A program made the translations under genes and the position numbers. From positions 32,001 to 96,000 of the IMG/VR virus record IMGVR_UViG_3300045988_138996: a stretch of 64,000 nucleotides of DNA. One strand, 5' to 3'. Positions 37,304-47,035 of the stretch are shown here, piece after piece. The notes beneath the pieces are model-generated. The model saw only the letters and a program-made list of their open reading frames with translations, searched no databases and was not told where the DNA came from. Source of the DNA: a virus. Position 1 is the stretch's first letter; each line of letters opens with the position of its first letter.

Positions 37304-39024
37304 AACATTGCCAGCCCCATATGTTCAGTAATGAGCATATGCTAAACAGGAGTTAAACCGGGGAAGAACTTTAAGAGCTCGTTAAACTACAACGTAATTA
37401 GAAATGATAAGCGTGAATGTTGCGAAAGCTGAAAAAATTAACGAGATGATAATATGGTTAAATCCTAAGTTATCGTAAACAAGAGTTTGTTCCGGTAGGA
37501 ATGTCCGTATAGGACAACCTCTAACGACTATCCGATTGCGTCGGAGTACCTTTTATAATAAAGGGAAAAATACCTGGTCCCACTATGTGGGATTAACATA
37601 TAGTCTGTTCACGTTCTGTAATGGAAGTGCTATGAATTAACATAGGTTATTTAAATGATAAACATTATTAAAAAAATGCTGGCGGGCTGATTCTGGTTGG
37701 AGTGTATATTTGACATTTTAAATGTAATATAGTATTATAATAATATAAATATTTTATAATACGAGGTACTTTAAAATGGAAGAAAAACTTCAACGAATAT
37801 TAAATCTTTTATCTGAAGGAAAAAATTCAGAACAAATTTCATTAATTGTTTTTAAGACAAAAAATTGTGTTCAATTTAATCGATTTTGTTCTGAAAATAA
37901 TATTGATTTAAAACAATATAAAGCATTCAAATATATGGATAAAGAATGGCTTTCAGAACAATTAAAAAAATATAATAACAGTCCTACTATTTTGGCTAGA
38001 GAACTTAACTTATCATTAACTTCTGTAAATCGATATGCAATAGAATTTGGATTAAGAAAACCTAAAAAATCTATTGCATCAGTAAATCCTATAAATGAAA
38101 AATATTTTGATGAAGTGGATAATTTTAAAAAAGCCTATTGGCTTGGTTTTATTATGGCTGATGGTTATACTTATAAAACTCCTAATCGTGAAAAATATGA
38201 ATTAGCGATTAAAATTAAGTCTACAGATATTGATCATTTAAAAGAATTTGCTAAGGATGTTGAATTTCCAGAAGAAAAAATTGCTATAGGCTCTGGCAAA
38301 AGAAATGGCAATATTAATTATTATTGCCAATTAAGAACATATAATACACATTTAGTGACAACTGTTATGCATAAGCATAAAATTGTTCAAAATAAAACTT
38401 ATGTGCAATGTTTACCAGACAGTATTCCAAAAGAATATATCTCTGATTTTATTAGAGGATATTGGGATGGTAATGGCACTCTTAAAAAAGCCGGTTGGTC
38501 TGCATGTACAATGTCTTATCAATTAATAGAATCTTTTGTTAAATATTTTGATGAAAATAATATTGAATATACTTTAAGAAAAGAATTATGTAAAAGTGGG
38601 AACTATTTACATCTAATAAGAATAAGAAGTAAATCACATGATACTTTTGTTAAATTAATTTATCCTCCAGAAAAATATGCTTTAAAAAGAAAATATGATT
38701 TAATATATACGAGTCCACAGAATTAATTTCTGTGAATATAACTTAATTGCTGGGAACCCCTTAGAGCTTTTGATACCGAAGTGTAACAATTCAAAAGATT
38801 GGGCAATCAGCAGCGAAATCTTATTTTTTTAAATAAGATACGTTCAACGACTATCCCTTGGCTACCGCGTTAAAAATTAGCAATAGGAGTACGGCCTAAG
38901 TAGGCGGGTGAAATTCCCTTAATTGGAAATGGTTATCTTTAATTTAATTAAAGAAGATATAGTCTGGCCTAGTATGAAAATACTAGAAGGATTTAACGGT
39001 AACGGTTAAATTCATAACAAAGCG
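37304..39024 (+). mobile_element. terL intervening sequence 1: two complete group I cores flanking a LAGLIDADG gene
   Basis: Core A ~37350-37610 (P accgggg, Q ccggt, R taacgactatcc, S atatagtct). Core B ~38745-39024 (P ttgctggg, Q caatcagcagc, R ttcaacgactatcc, S gatatagtct). IGS cca-gcccc matches the ligated ggggU|tgg. Confidence 0.7.
37776..38726 (+). CDS. LAGLIDADG homing endonuclease with N-terminal HTH repeats
   Basis: YWLGFIMADGY and FIRGYWDGNGT motifs. Own promoter-like TTGACA at 37710. Confidence 0.8.
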   Translation: MEEKLQRILNLLSEGKNSEQISLIVFKTKNCVQFNRFCSENNIDLKQYKAFKYMDKEWLSEQLKKYNNSPTILARELNLSLTSVNRYAIEFGLRKPKKSIASVNPINEKYFDEVDNFKKAYWLGFIMADGYTYKTPNREKYELAIKIKSTDIDHLKEFAKDVEFPEEKIAIGSGKRNGNINYYCQLRTYNTHLVTTVMHKHKIVQNKTYVQCLPDSIPKEYISDFIRGYWDGNGTLKKAGWSACTMSYQLIESFVKYFDENNIEYTLRKELCKSGNYLHLIRIRSKSHDTFVKLIYPPEKYALKRKYDLIYTSPQN

Positions 39025-39184
39025 TGGATCTCTCTCGATGAAATGGATTATCTCGGCGAAGGTGACTTCGATACGATTTATGCGTTGTGTATGGAACGTG
39101 ATACGATCGGTATGACATGTTCTTCTACACCGACTGGTCGTAGATCGAAATTTTTCGATATATGTACCAAGAAGGAACTCGGGT
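39025..39184 (+). CDS. terL: terL coding segment 3 (Walker B, motif III)
   Basis: WISLDEMDY...CSSTPTGRRSKFF...KKELG, plus the first base of a Phe codon. Confidence 0.75.
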
Positions 39185-40606
39185 TAAAATAAATAAATTA
39201 GGTTTTTTATAGCAATTCCATCCAATATATGGTAATATATAATTGTAGTTATTTTACATATATTAATAAAAGGAATTGTTACTATGATTAATGAAGATGA
39301 ATTGAGAAGTAAATTAGAAGAAAAATCTGTAGCTCAAATAGCTAAAGATTATAATTGTTCAGAAAATACGATTAGAAGAGCAATGAAGAAGTTTGGATTA
39401 ATAAAAACTTCAAAGAAACCATATCAAAATAAAGAAATATTATTAGATATGTTGCAGACAAAAACAGTTCAAGAAATTGCAGATTATTTTAATGTTGATA
39501 ATCATACTATTTCTAGATGGATCAATAAAAATAATATATCTTTTAATGATAAAAAACTTTATAGAAATAAAGCTTGGCTTGAACAAAAATTAAAAGAATT
39601 TAATGGTTCTTTATCTGCTATATCTAAAGAAACAGGATATAAAAAAGACACAATGCTTGAATGGTGTTATAAGTTTAATTTAAAACACACACCTGATTTT
39701 AATAAAAAATATAATTTAAATATTGATTATTTTAAAAATATTGATTCTGAAATAAAAGCATATTATCTTGGTTTTGGTATGGCTGACTTTGGAATTAGCA
39801 AAGATTGTTATTCTTTTGAATTTAGATTAAAAAAAGATGATAAATATATTATTGAAAAATTAGCAAAAGAATTAAATTATACTGCTGATTTGTATCATTT
39901 TAAAGACAGTATTCGAGAAGGATATTCATTAAGAATTTCTTCAAAAGAAATATGTAAAGATTTAATTTATCATGGAATTGTTCCAAATAAGTCAGGAAAA
40001 GAAGTTTTGCCAAATACTGTTTCAAAAGAATTAATAAAACACTTTATTCGAGGTTTTATTGATGGAGATGGATATATTGGTGGTATAAAAGATAAAACTC
40101 TTGCTATTTGTAGTATGTCTTATAATATATTGTTATCAATTAAATTATTTTTAGAAAAAGAATTAAATATAAAAAAATATAAAATTAAACCAACATTAAA
40201 AGAAAGTGGAAATATTCTATATTATTATAATATATATGGTGATTCTTTTATTAAAGTTCTTGATTATTTATATAAAGATTCAACAATATATTTAATTAGA
40301 AAACATGATAATTATTTAATTCATTTGAATAAAGATATTAATCGTAAAAATAAAAAACTTAACAAGGCTCCATTATTAAGTAATTAATAATTGCAAATCT
40401 TTTGAACTGCTGGAACGTCCGTTAGGAAGATCAGCAGCGAAATCTTTAATTTTTTAAAGAAACGTTCAACGACTATCCTCGTGGTGAGGAGTAGGGTCAA
40501 GCGACTCGAAGCGGAAGATATCCTTTTAATAGGATAAAGATATAGTCTGAGCTATGTAGCAATACATAGAAGGTTGTAAGTAGCGATTACAATCGTAACA
40601 AAACTG
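39185..40606 (+). mobile_element. Group I intron with LAGLIDADG gene (terL intervening sequence 2)
   Basis: Core follows the ORF: P ctgctggaa, Q atcagcagc, R gttcaacgactatcc, S agatatagtct. The junction was chosen to give ELGFQEHY, like T4 gp17 SGFEPY. No P1 pairing found. Confidence 0.7.
39284..40387 (+). CDS. LAGLIDADG homing endonuclease with three HTH repeats
   Basis: YYLGFGMADFG and FIRGFIDGDGY motifs; HTH-like repeats SVAQIAKDYNCSENTIRR and TVQEIADYFNVDNHTISRW. Confidence 0.8.
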   Translation: MINEDELRSKLEEKSVAQIAKDYNCSENTIRRAMKKFGLIKTSKKPYQNKEILLDMLQTKTVQEIADYFNVDNHTISRWINKNNISFNDKKLYRNKAWLEQKLKEFNGSLSAISKETGYKKDTMLEWCYKFNLKHTPDFNKKYNLNIDYFKNIDSEIKAYYLGFGMADFGISKDCYSFEFRLKKDDKYIIEKLAKELNYTADLYHFKDSIREGYSLRISSKEICKDLIYHGIVPNKSGKEVLPNTVSKELIKHFIRGFIDGDGYIGGIKDKTLAICSMSYNILLSIKLFLEKELNIKKYKIKPTLKESGNILYYYNIYGDSFIKVLDYLYKDSTIYLIRKHDNYLIHLNKDINRKNKKLNKAPLLSN

Positions 40607-40928
40607 TCCAAGAGCATTATCACCCGACTCAACATAACCCCATGTGGTCGGATGCGATGGAAGAAGAATTTAGAAATACATACGATAAAAACGCATATGA
40701 TCACGAAGTATTGGCAGAGTTTGGTGTCGAAGAAGCCGGCGTATTCGATAAAGATAAAGTCGAAGAAGCGACACAAATCGACAACTATGCTTATTTCGAT
40801 CGAGATAAATATAAACCTGTTCGTTCTATGATGGATGATAGTAATGTAAAAGAAATACATATACTACCAGAAGGACGAACTACATATTATCCTAATGTAT
40901 TTAGATGTATGGGTGTGGATTGGGATTT
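40607..40928 (+). CDS. terL: terL coding segment 4
   Basis: ...QEHYHPTQHNPMWSDAMEEEFR...CMGVDWD, the start of the nuclease domain. The 3' boundary is approximate. Confidence 0.65.
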
Positions 40929-42228
40929 TAGGATCATTGGAGTTGATCGGAAAGTTTTTTGACAGATCTTTATTTTTGTTGTAATATAATAGTATAATAA
41001 ATTAATATTTTATTTTTAAATAATAGGAATTATTATGCTATATAAAAATGAACAATATTTAAAAGAAGCTGTTAAAACAAAAACCAATAGTCAAATTGCA
41101 AAAGAGAATAATATTAGCGCAGATACAGTAACATATTGGCTGAGAAAATATAATATAAAAAAATATGAAGAAAAAGCTCCTTATATGGACAAAGCATATA
41201 TGGCTGAATTATACAATAAGTATAAAAGTGGAAATAAAATTTCTAAATTATTAAATTGCAATGAAAAAACAATATATGCTTGGTTGGAAAAACACGGAAT
41301 AGATACTTCAGAAACTGGTAGCCAAGGAGCTAGAAAACATTTTTATAATGAAAATTATTTTAAAAAAATAGACACTGAAAGAAAAGCTTATTTTTTAGGT
41401 TTTATACTTGCTGATGGATGTGTTTATTTTGGAACAAATAAAAATTCATATAGATTTCAAATGAATTTACAGGCACAAGATAGATATATATTAGAAGAAC
41501 TTCAAAAAGATATTGAATCTGATTATAAAATTCAAGATAAACAATTTGGATATAGTAAAAATGGTGATCCAATTTTAATTTCTTTATTAAAAATTAATTC
41601 ATCTAAATTATGTGAAGATCTAATGAATCTTGGAGTTGTTCCTAGAAAATCTATGAGACAAGAAATGAAAAAAGATTTAATTCCTGATAAGTTGATTAAA
41701 CATTTTATTCGTGGTTACTTTGATGGAAACGGATCTTGTTCTATAAGAAAAAATTCAATCTCTTTAGATTTTTTAGGTAACAAAACAATATGTTTGCAAA
41801 TTGATGAGTATTTAAAATCAAATAAAATAAATAAAAATGTTCTATATGGGAACAAAAAAAATGAATTATATGGTTTAAGAATAAATAATACAGATAATAA
41901 AATTTTATTATATTATTATTTATATAAAGATGCTACTATTTACTTAAAGCGTAAAAAAGAAAAATTTGACAAATTTCTCCAATGTAAAAAAAGTCCTCTT
42001 ATTAAGTAATTAATAAGTAATAAACTGGTTGAATTGCTGGAATATCCTAAATGGACAATCAGCAGCCAAGTCTCTAGTAGAGAAAGGTTCAACGACTATC
42101 CTTGTATAAGGAGTAGGATCAAGCGATCCGAAGTGGCCAGCAACCTAGTAATAGGTCGAAGATATAGTCTAATCTATATAGTAATATATAGCAGCTTAAA
42201 AGCGTATTAAGTTTAGCGAACTTAATAG
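40929..42228 (+). mobile_element. Group I intron with LAGLIDADG gene (terL intervening sequence 3)
   Basis: P ttgctggaa, Q caatcagcagc, R gttcaacgactatcc, S gatatagtct after the ORF. Boundaries are good to a few nt only. Confidence 0.65.
41035..42009 (+). CDS. LAGLIDADG homing endonuclease with HTH repeats
   Basis: YFLGFILADGC and FIRGYFDGNGS motifs; promoter-like TTGACA upstream. Confidence 0.8.
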   Translation: MLYKNEQYLKEAVKTKTNSQIAKENNISADTVTYWLRKYNIKKYEEKAPYMDKAYMAELYNKYKSGNKISKLLNCNEKTIYAWLEKHGIDTSETGSQGARKHFYNENYFKKIDTERKAYFLGFILADGCVYFGTNKNSYRFQMNLQAQDRYILEELQKDIESDYKIQDKQFGYSKNGDPILISLLKINSSKLCEDLMNLGVVPRKSMRQEMKKDLIPDKLIKHFIRGYFDGNGSCSIRKNSISLDFLGNKTICLQIDEYLKSNKINKNVLYGNKKNELYGLRINNTDNKILLYYYLYKDATIYLKRKKEKFDKFLQCKKSPLIK

Positions 42229-42421
42229 AATATACATGAAATCACAAGCCCCAACATCTATACTTATACTTGAATACGATCAAGTATTTAATAAATTTAG
42301 AGTTATTAATAGAACAGAAATCGAATCGTCTGAATTTACATTCGATAAAGCTGTTAAAAAGATAATTGATTTAAATGCTATTTATAACCCTAGCTATATT
42401 TATATAGACAGAGGATCTGGT
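42229..42421 (+). CDS. terL: terL coding segment 5
   Basis: ...KSQAPTSILILEYD...YIYIDRGSG. The 3' end is set by the P1 hairpin ggU-aa/tt-gcc (42419-42432). Confidence 0.65.
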
Positions 42422-42685
42422 AAATATTTGCCCTATATATTATAAGTGAATTATATAATATATATGCAGTGTGGTATTAAGCGAGAAGCCTAAGTTAATT
42501 AATTAATATGGTAACTCGAACCGAAGACTTAATTAAATTAAGTCAGGGGCAGAGCATAGTAAGTGAAAAGATATAATCTTGCCAAGAGACCGCACCATAC
42601 ATTCACAATACGTATGAAAAAGTATGCCGACCTTATAGGAAACTATAAGAACTAGGAGATAAAAAGCTCCTAGGATAACAACGTG
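42422..42685 (+). mobile_element. ORF-less intervening sequence in terL, probably a divergent group I intron
   Basis: U-G wobble P1 at the 5' splice site and a terminal G at 42685. Splicing gives DRGSG|EYQMESL, matching T4 gp17 NSTG|VSVAKSL. The core differs from the other introns. Confidence 0.55.
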
Positions 42686-43264
42686 GAATATCAGATGGAA
42701 TCTTTAAAGATTTACGGTAAACAACATCCTGAAACCGGACTCGATAAAAAAGTTAAAGGTTGGATGTTCTCCGAAAAAATCGATGTACAAGATCCTGTCA
42801 CTGGTACTTTAGAAAAGAAACATTTAAAACCATTTATGGTGAATCAATTATCGATATTAATTGAACGCGGTAATCTTATATTGAGTCCTTGGGACGCACA
42901 TATATATAAACAATTAATTGATTATCGTGTCGAAAAAATTACGGCGGCAGGTGTTCCTGTTTATAACAGTGATAACGAGCACTTTGTCGATGCTTTGGGT
43001 TTAGCTTATTTAGCGTTCGTTGAACATTTTCCAGAACTTACTAAGTTAGTTAAAAAAGCATCGTATGAAGCCGTCTATTCATTTAATAGTGGTAATTCTC
43101 TACCACTATATGAAAAACGAGATCTTGAAAATCCATGGTCTAATGAAAAGAAACAATATGAATCAGTAGACGAAGCATGGGAAAAAGTTCCGCTTAACGA
43201 TTCGTTTAATAGACGTACGTCTAGAAAACCTTTAGGCGGAATGTTTAAAAGGACATTATTTTAA
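42686..43264 (+). CDS. terL: terL coding segment 6 (nuclease domain C-terminus)
   Basis: ...LIERGNLILS...NEHFVDALGLAYLAF parallels T4 gp17 ...YHDDLVMSLVIFGW. Confidence 0.8.
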   Translation, partial: EYQMESLKIYGKQHPETGLDKKVKGWMFSEKIDVQDPVTGTLEKKHLKPFMVNQLSILIERGNLILSPWDAHIYKQLIDYRVEKITAAGVPVYNSDNEHFVDALGLAYLAFVEHFPELTKLVKKASYEAVYSFNSGNSLPLYEKRDLENPWSNEKKQYESVDEAWEKVPLNDSFNRRTSRKPLGGMFKRTLF

Positions 43265-44919
43265 TGGCTGAAGATAAAAAGATATTATATAGACCATCAA
43301 TAGAACCACAACGACACTATGAAAGTGATGGTCAGTTTAAAAAGAAAATAACTTCGGTTCCGGATCCGATACCATATTATCCAAAACCTGAAGAGAAAAA
43401 ATCTGAAACGGACGAATTGTTGGCAGATTTAAAGATGGTCTATGATCTTTTACCATTCATGCCAATACCGATTCGACCTATTATCGAAACTATGATCGTA
43501 ACGATTACAACCGATACGATTATACGAATCGATCCTCCTGATCCTGAGACACCATTACCTCCAGAACCAGAGGATCCTAATAAATTTATTCCGGTGCCAA
43601 CACCAGAATCAGATTTACCTGAACCTAAAGTTAATCCTGAACCACTACCTAAAGACGATTCAGATTTAGATTTTCCTGATGTACCAATTGTCGATGTACC
43701 TCAAGAAAAATCACAAGAACTAGATCGATTAGTATATCGATGGACAAAGCGTAATTTAGTTCGTGTTAAAAAGCATTGGATTGAAAAACTTAAAGATTAT
43801 CTTCAAGACTATCTTTCGAAGATGTTTAATGCCGTACAGTTATGTGGTGCTGAAGACATTACTATTTTATTATTAGCTTTCGATGCGTTAGCCGTTAAGA
43901 CTACGTCTGGTAAAAAATGTAAAGTAGCTCATGATAGTATCGTACGTAACGATTTATTAATAAGAGAAAAAGCAAAGTTAATGGCTAAGTTATATTCAGC
44001 CGACGAACTTATTCGTTTTATGAGAGCTATCGAGGCGGCAGCACAAACTCGTCAAGAATATTATAATCATGATTTTTTATCGTATTGCCCGACTATGTTA
44101 AGTCAATATGAAAACGATATGTTAAGAAGTTATCGTGGTAAATATGACGAAAAATATGTGAACGCCGTTTATCAGTATAATAAATTATTAGTATCTTCTG
44201 CAGAATTATCTAAAGAAGTATTTAATTTAACAGCTGAAAATGCCATGTCTAAAGGTGTATTAATCAATAATGGTATTAATCCATTTGAAAAAACTCCGAC
44301 ACCTGACCCTATATTCTATTTAAATACATTAGCTCCTGAAGCTGGTAAGATTGGCGCTAATGGTTTATCATCGACTGGTAATTATGGTAACCTTAAACCC
44401 GGTGCTGGATCTACTTCTAGTAGCGGTGGAGATGGTACTGTCGATGCTGTTAATCTTAAAGGTAATGACAAGATTCAGAAGATGTGGAACTTCTTTAAAG
44501 ATATGGGCTACGATAATAATGCGATTGCCGGTATTATGGGTAATATTCAACAAGAGTCTCAATTTAGTTTAGGTATTATTGAAGATGGTTCTGGTTCTAT
44601 GACTCCTGGCGTTGGTTATGGTTTAGTTCAATGGACTGATGCAGAACGTCAAGGATTATTGTCACGTATTGCTTCTCAACTTGGTAAACAACCTAGTGAT
44701 CTTGAAGCGCAATTAGCAACGATTAAATATGAGATCATGAATACACATACTGGTGCTAAACCAGAACATATGAATGGTAAGAGTATTGAACAAGCAGTAA
44801 GTTGCTTTACTGGTAACTTCGAATACCAAGATAGTGATGGTCGTGAAAATATTCCGGTAGTAGCTCATAGTACTCGTGTCGGATATGCTCAAAATATTTA
44901 TAATAATTTTGCAAAGTAA
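43264..44919 (+). CDS. Pro-rich protein with a C-terminal phage tail lysozyme-type domain
   Basis: AIAGIMGNIQQESQF...GYGLVQWTD motif; N-terminal PxP-rich region. Confidence 0.65.
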   Translation: MAEDKKILYRPSIEPQRHYESDGQFKKKITSVPDPIPYYPKPEEKKSETDELLADLKMVYDLLPFMPIPIRPIIETMIVTITTDTIIRIDPPDPETPLPPEPEDPNKFIPVPTPESDLPEPKVNPEPLPKDDSDLDFPDVPIVDVPQEKSQELDRLVYRWTKRNLVRVKKHWIEKLKDYLQDYLSKMFNAVQLCGAEDITILLLAFDALAVKTTSGKKCKVAHDSIVRNDLLIREKAKLMAKLYSADELIRFMRAIEAAAQTRQEYYNHDFLSYCPTMLSQYENDMLRSYRGKYDEKYVNAVYQYNKLLVSSAELSKEVFNLTAENAMSKGVLINNGINPFEKTPTPDPIFYLNTLAPEAGKIGANGLSSTGNYGNLKPGAGSTSSSGGDGTVDAVNLKGNDKIQKMWNFFKDMGYDNNAIAGIMGNIQQESQFSLGIIEDGSGSMTPGVGYGLVQWTDAERQGLLSRIASQLGKQPSDLEAQLATIKYEIMNTHTGAKPEHMNGKSIEQAVSCFTGNFEYQDSDGRENIPVVAHSTRVGYAQNIYNNFAK

Positions 44920-44972
44920 TATTAGTATGGTATAATAAATTCATATTGATATATTTTGTACAAGGAAAATAA

Positions 44973-46721
44973 ATGGGTCTAACTAATTTTTTCGAAAAAG
45001 TAACGACAAAAAAGCTAGATACTAATAAGAAAGTGACCGGAGATTTTCAGTCGGCATTAAAAGCTAAGCCAGTAACACTTGGCGAATATCGAAATGCCAA
45101 CGCGCAAAATCCCGGTGCGCGCTCTTATGATTTAGCTCAAATAAAGAATGCTGTCTTAACAGATTCTTATTTAGCTGTAGCCGTTAGAAAATTTTCTCAA
45201 CTTATTACTAAAGCTGGGTATCAAATTAAATCTAAAAACGAAGATGCAGCTAATTATGTTAATGACAGAATTAAGGTTATTGAATTTAGAACTAAGATTC
45301 CGTTCTATACGTTAATAACTTCTATCGCTAGAGACTTGTATACTTACTCAAATTCGTATATAATAAAAACTAGAGATAATAATACTGAGAAATTTGGTCT
45401 TAAAGCTGAAAAGATTTTCAGTGGTGGAGCAATTTCAGGATTGTTTTTAGCTGATCCTGCATCCGTAACGATTCGTCGTAACGATGCCGGGGCTATCGAT
45501 GCATATGTAATTAATCAGGAAGAGTATTCTCCGAACGATGTAATTCATTTGTATATCGACAAAATGAATAATGCGGACTATGGTACATCCCGAATTTATT
45601 CGGCATTAGAAGATGTAACTATGCTCCGAAAAGCTGAAGGGCTGGTAATGACGATATTATATCGCTTTGCCATCCCTGTTTTGCATATAAAAGTAGGTAA
45701 TACGGCTGAAGGTCAATATGCTACGCAAAAAGAAATTAACGATGCTCGTGATGCATTTCAAGAAATGCCAAACGACGGGTTTATCGTTACGAATGAACGT
45801 ACAGCGATCGAAGCGATTACACCAAATATGCAAGCTAATCAGCTATTAAAATTTTTAGAGTATTTAGAACTTCGAGTATTCTCTGCATTAAATGCATCTA
45901 AATCTTCGATGGGTCGCGGCGGCGGTCAATCCTCTGCTGATAATACTGAAGCATTAATGCATGATGAAGTAAGAGCATTCCAAAACGTAATTACTAATTT
46001 TATCGAAAAATATCTATTTACAGAATTATTATTAGAAGGTGGCTTTAATCCTTTATTGAATAAAGACGATTATGTGTCGTTTGCATTTAACGAAGTATCG
46101 ATCGATACTAAAATTAAGCTCGAATCTAATACAATTCAAAAATATCAAGGGAATGTTATCGACTTGGACGAAGCTCGTCGTGAACTTGGCCTTAGTAATG
46201 AATTATCTGAAGAAGATATGTATGCCTTTAAAATTACTCAAAAAGGTAAACTCGATCTTGTCGATGCTCAAGCTAATGCTGCTATTAAGACGGCAAAAGC
46301 TACGGCTGCATTAAATATGCAACAAGCTCAATCTTCTAATGACGATGGATTAGATAATCGTAAGTTTAACGGTAAACAAGTATCCTCTGGTCCTAACGAT
46401 TACTTCTCTAACGATGCTAATCCGACAAATCAGAATACAGATAAGTATAGTATTAAAGCTAAAGAATCTTTAAATACTCAACAAAATTTAGACGATTATT
46501 CAAAAAACTTTAGTAAAGTTGATAAACTCTACAAAGACCTCAGTAATATACTCACAGATGGCGACGCTATTGAAGATGATAAATTTAGAGAAGCTCTTCA
46601 TGAGTATGCTTTAGATTTTGCTAAACAAGGTGTCGACCATTCTAAAGCGAACAACAAAACTAATAAAGACAAGATCACTCCGAACATCGATGTGATTGAC
46701 GATTATTCGTCAAAAAAATAA
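44973..46721 (+). CDS. Portal protein (putative)
   Basis: 582 aa ORF just downstream of terL and upstream of the protease. Called on size and position; no motif verified. Confidence 0.55.
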   Translation: MGLTNFFEKVTTKKLDTNKKVTGDFQSALKAKPVTLGEYRNANAQNPGARSYDLAQIKNAVLTDSYLAVAVRKFSQLITKAGYQIKSKNEDAANYVNDRIKVIEFRTKIPFYTLITSIARDLYTYSNSYIIKTRDNNTEKFGLKAEKIFSGGAISGLFLADPASVTIRRNDAGAIDAYVINQEEYSPNDVIHLYIDKMNNADYGTSRIYSALEDVTMLRKAEGLVMTILYRFAIPVLHIKVGNTAEGQYATQKEINDARDAFQEMPNDGFIVTNERTAIEAITPNMQANQLLKFLEYLELRVFSALNASKSSMGRGGGQSSADNTEALMHDEVRAFQNVITNFIEKYLFTELLLEGGFNPLLNKDDYVSFAFNEVSIDTKIKLESNTIQKYQGNVIDLDEARRELGLSNELSEEDMYAFKITQKGKLDLVDAQANAAIKTAKATAALNMQQAQSSNDDGLDNRKFNGKQVSSGPNDYFSNDANPTNQNTDKYSIKAKESLNTQQNLDDYSKNFSKVDKLYKDLSNILTDGDAIEDDKFREALHEYALDFAKQGVDHSKANNKTNKDKITPNIDVIDDYSSKK

Positions 46722-46729
46722 GTAAGATA

Positions 46730-47032
46730 ATGCAGGATATTCAATCTGCGGTCAAAAATAATAAAGATAAAATATACATCGATAGCATTCTAAGTAAAAA
46801 TGAATATCGCCTTCGTTTTTTATGTGATTATATCTCTCGTAAAGCATATTGGTACGGATACGTACAACAATGCAAACAAGATGGTATAAAAGCAATCGAT
46901 ATTCAATTTAACGACAGTGAACATCAAAATGGACGCATGACCCATTTTAACATTGATAGAATCTCTATCGAAGATATTCCAGCTTATAGCCCGTACTGTA
47001 CGTGCGGCATAAAACCAATCATGAAAGGATAA
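46730..47032 (+). CDS. Hypothetical head-associated protein
   Basis: The C-terminal SPYCTCG resembles the hPNCRC end of Mu F/SPP1 gp7-type head morphogenesis proteins (weak). Confidence 0.35.
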   Translation: MQDIQSAVKNNKDKIYIDSILSKNEYRLRFLCDYISRKAYWYGYVQQCKQDGIKAIDIQFNDSEHQNGRMTHFNIDRISIEDIPAYSPYCTCGIKPIMKG

Positions 47033-47035
47033 ATA

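Noticed and set aside
37304-37345. Read-through tails of exon ORFs into introns: NIASPICSVMSIC* here, GVDWDF-RIIGVDRKVF* at 40929-40962, GSG-KYLPYIL* at 42422-42445, and RGK-NSAFASPLQ* at 59127-59159
   Set aside because: Conserved TerL and tube sequence stops at the proposed splice sites and resumes in the next exon. The tails are just the distance to the first in-frame stop codon inside the intron.
40552-40860. 102 aa minus-strand ORF; also minus-strand ORFs at 60396-60668 and 61802-62185
   Set aside because: They are antisense to group I core elements or to terL and tube exons. Their sequence is hydrophobic and low-complexity, and they have no RBS.
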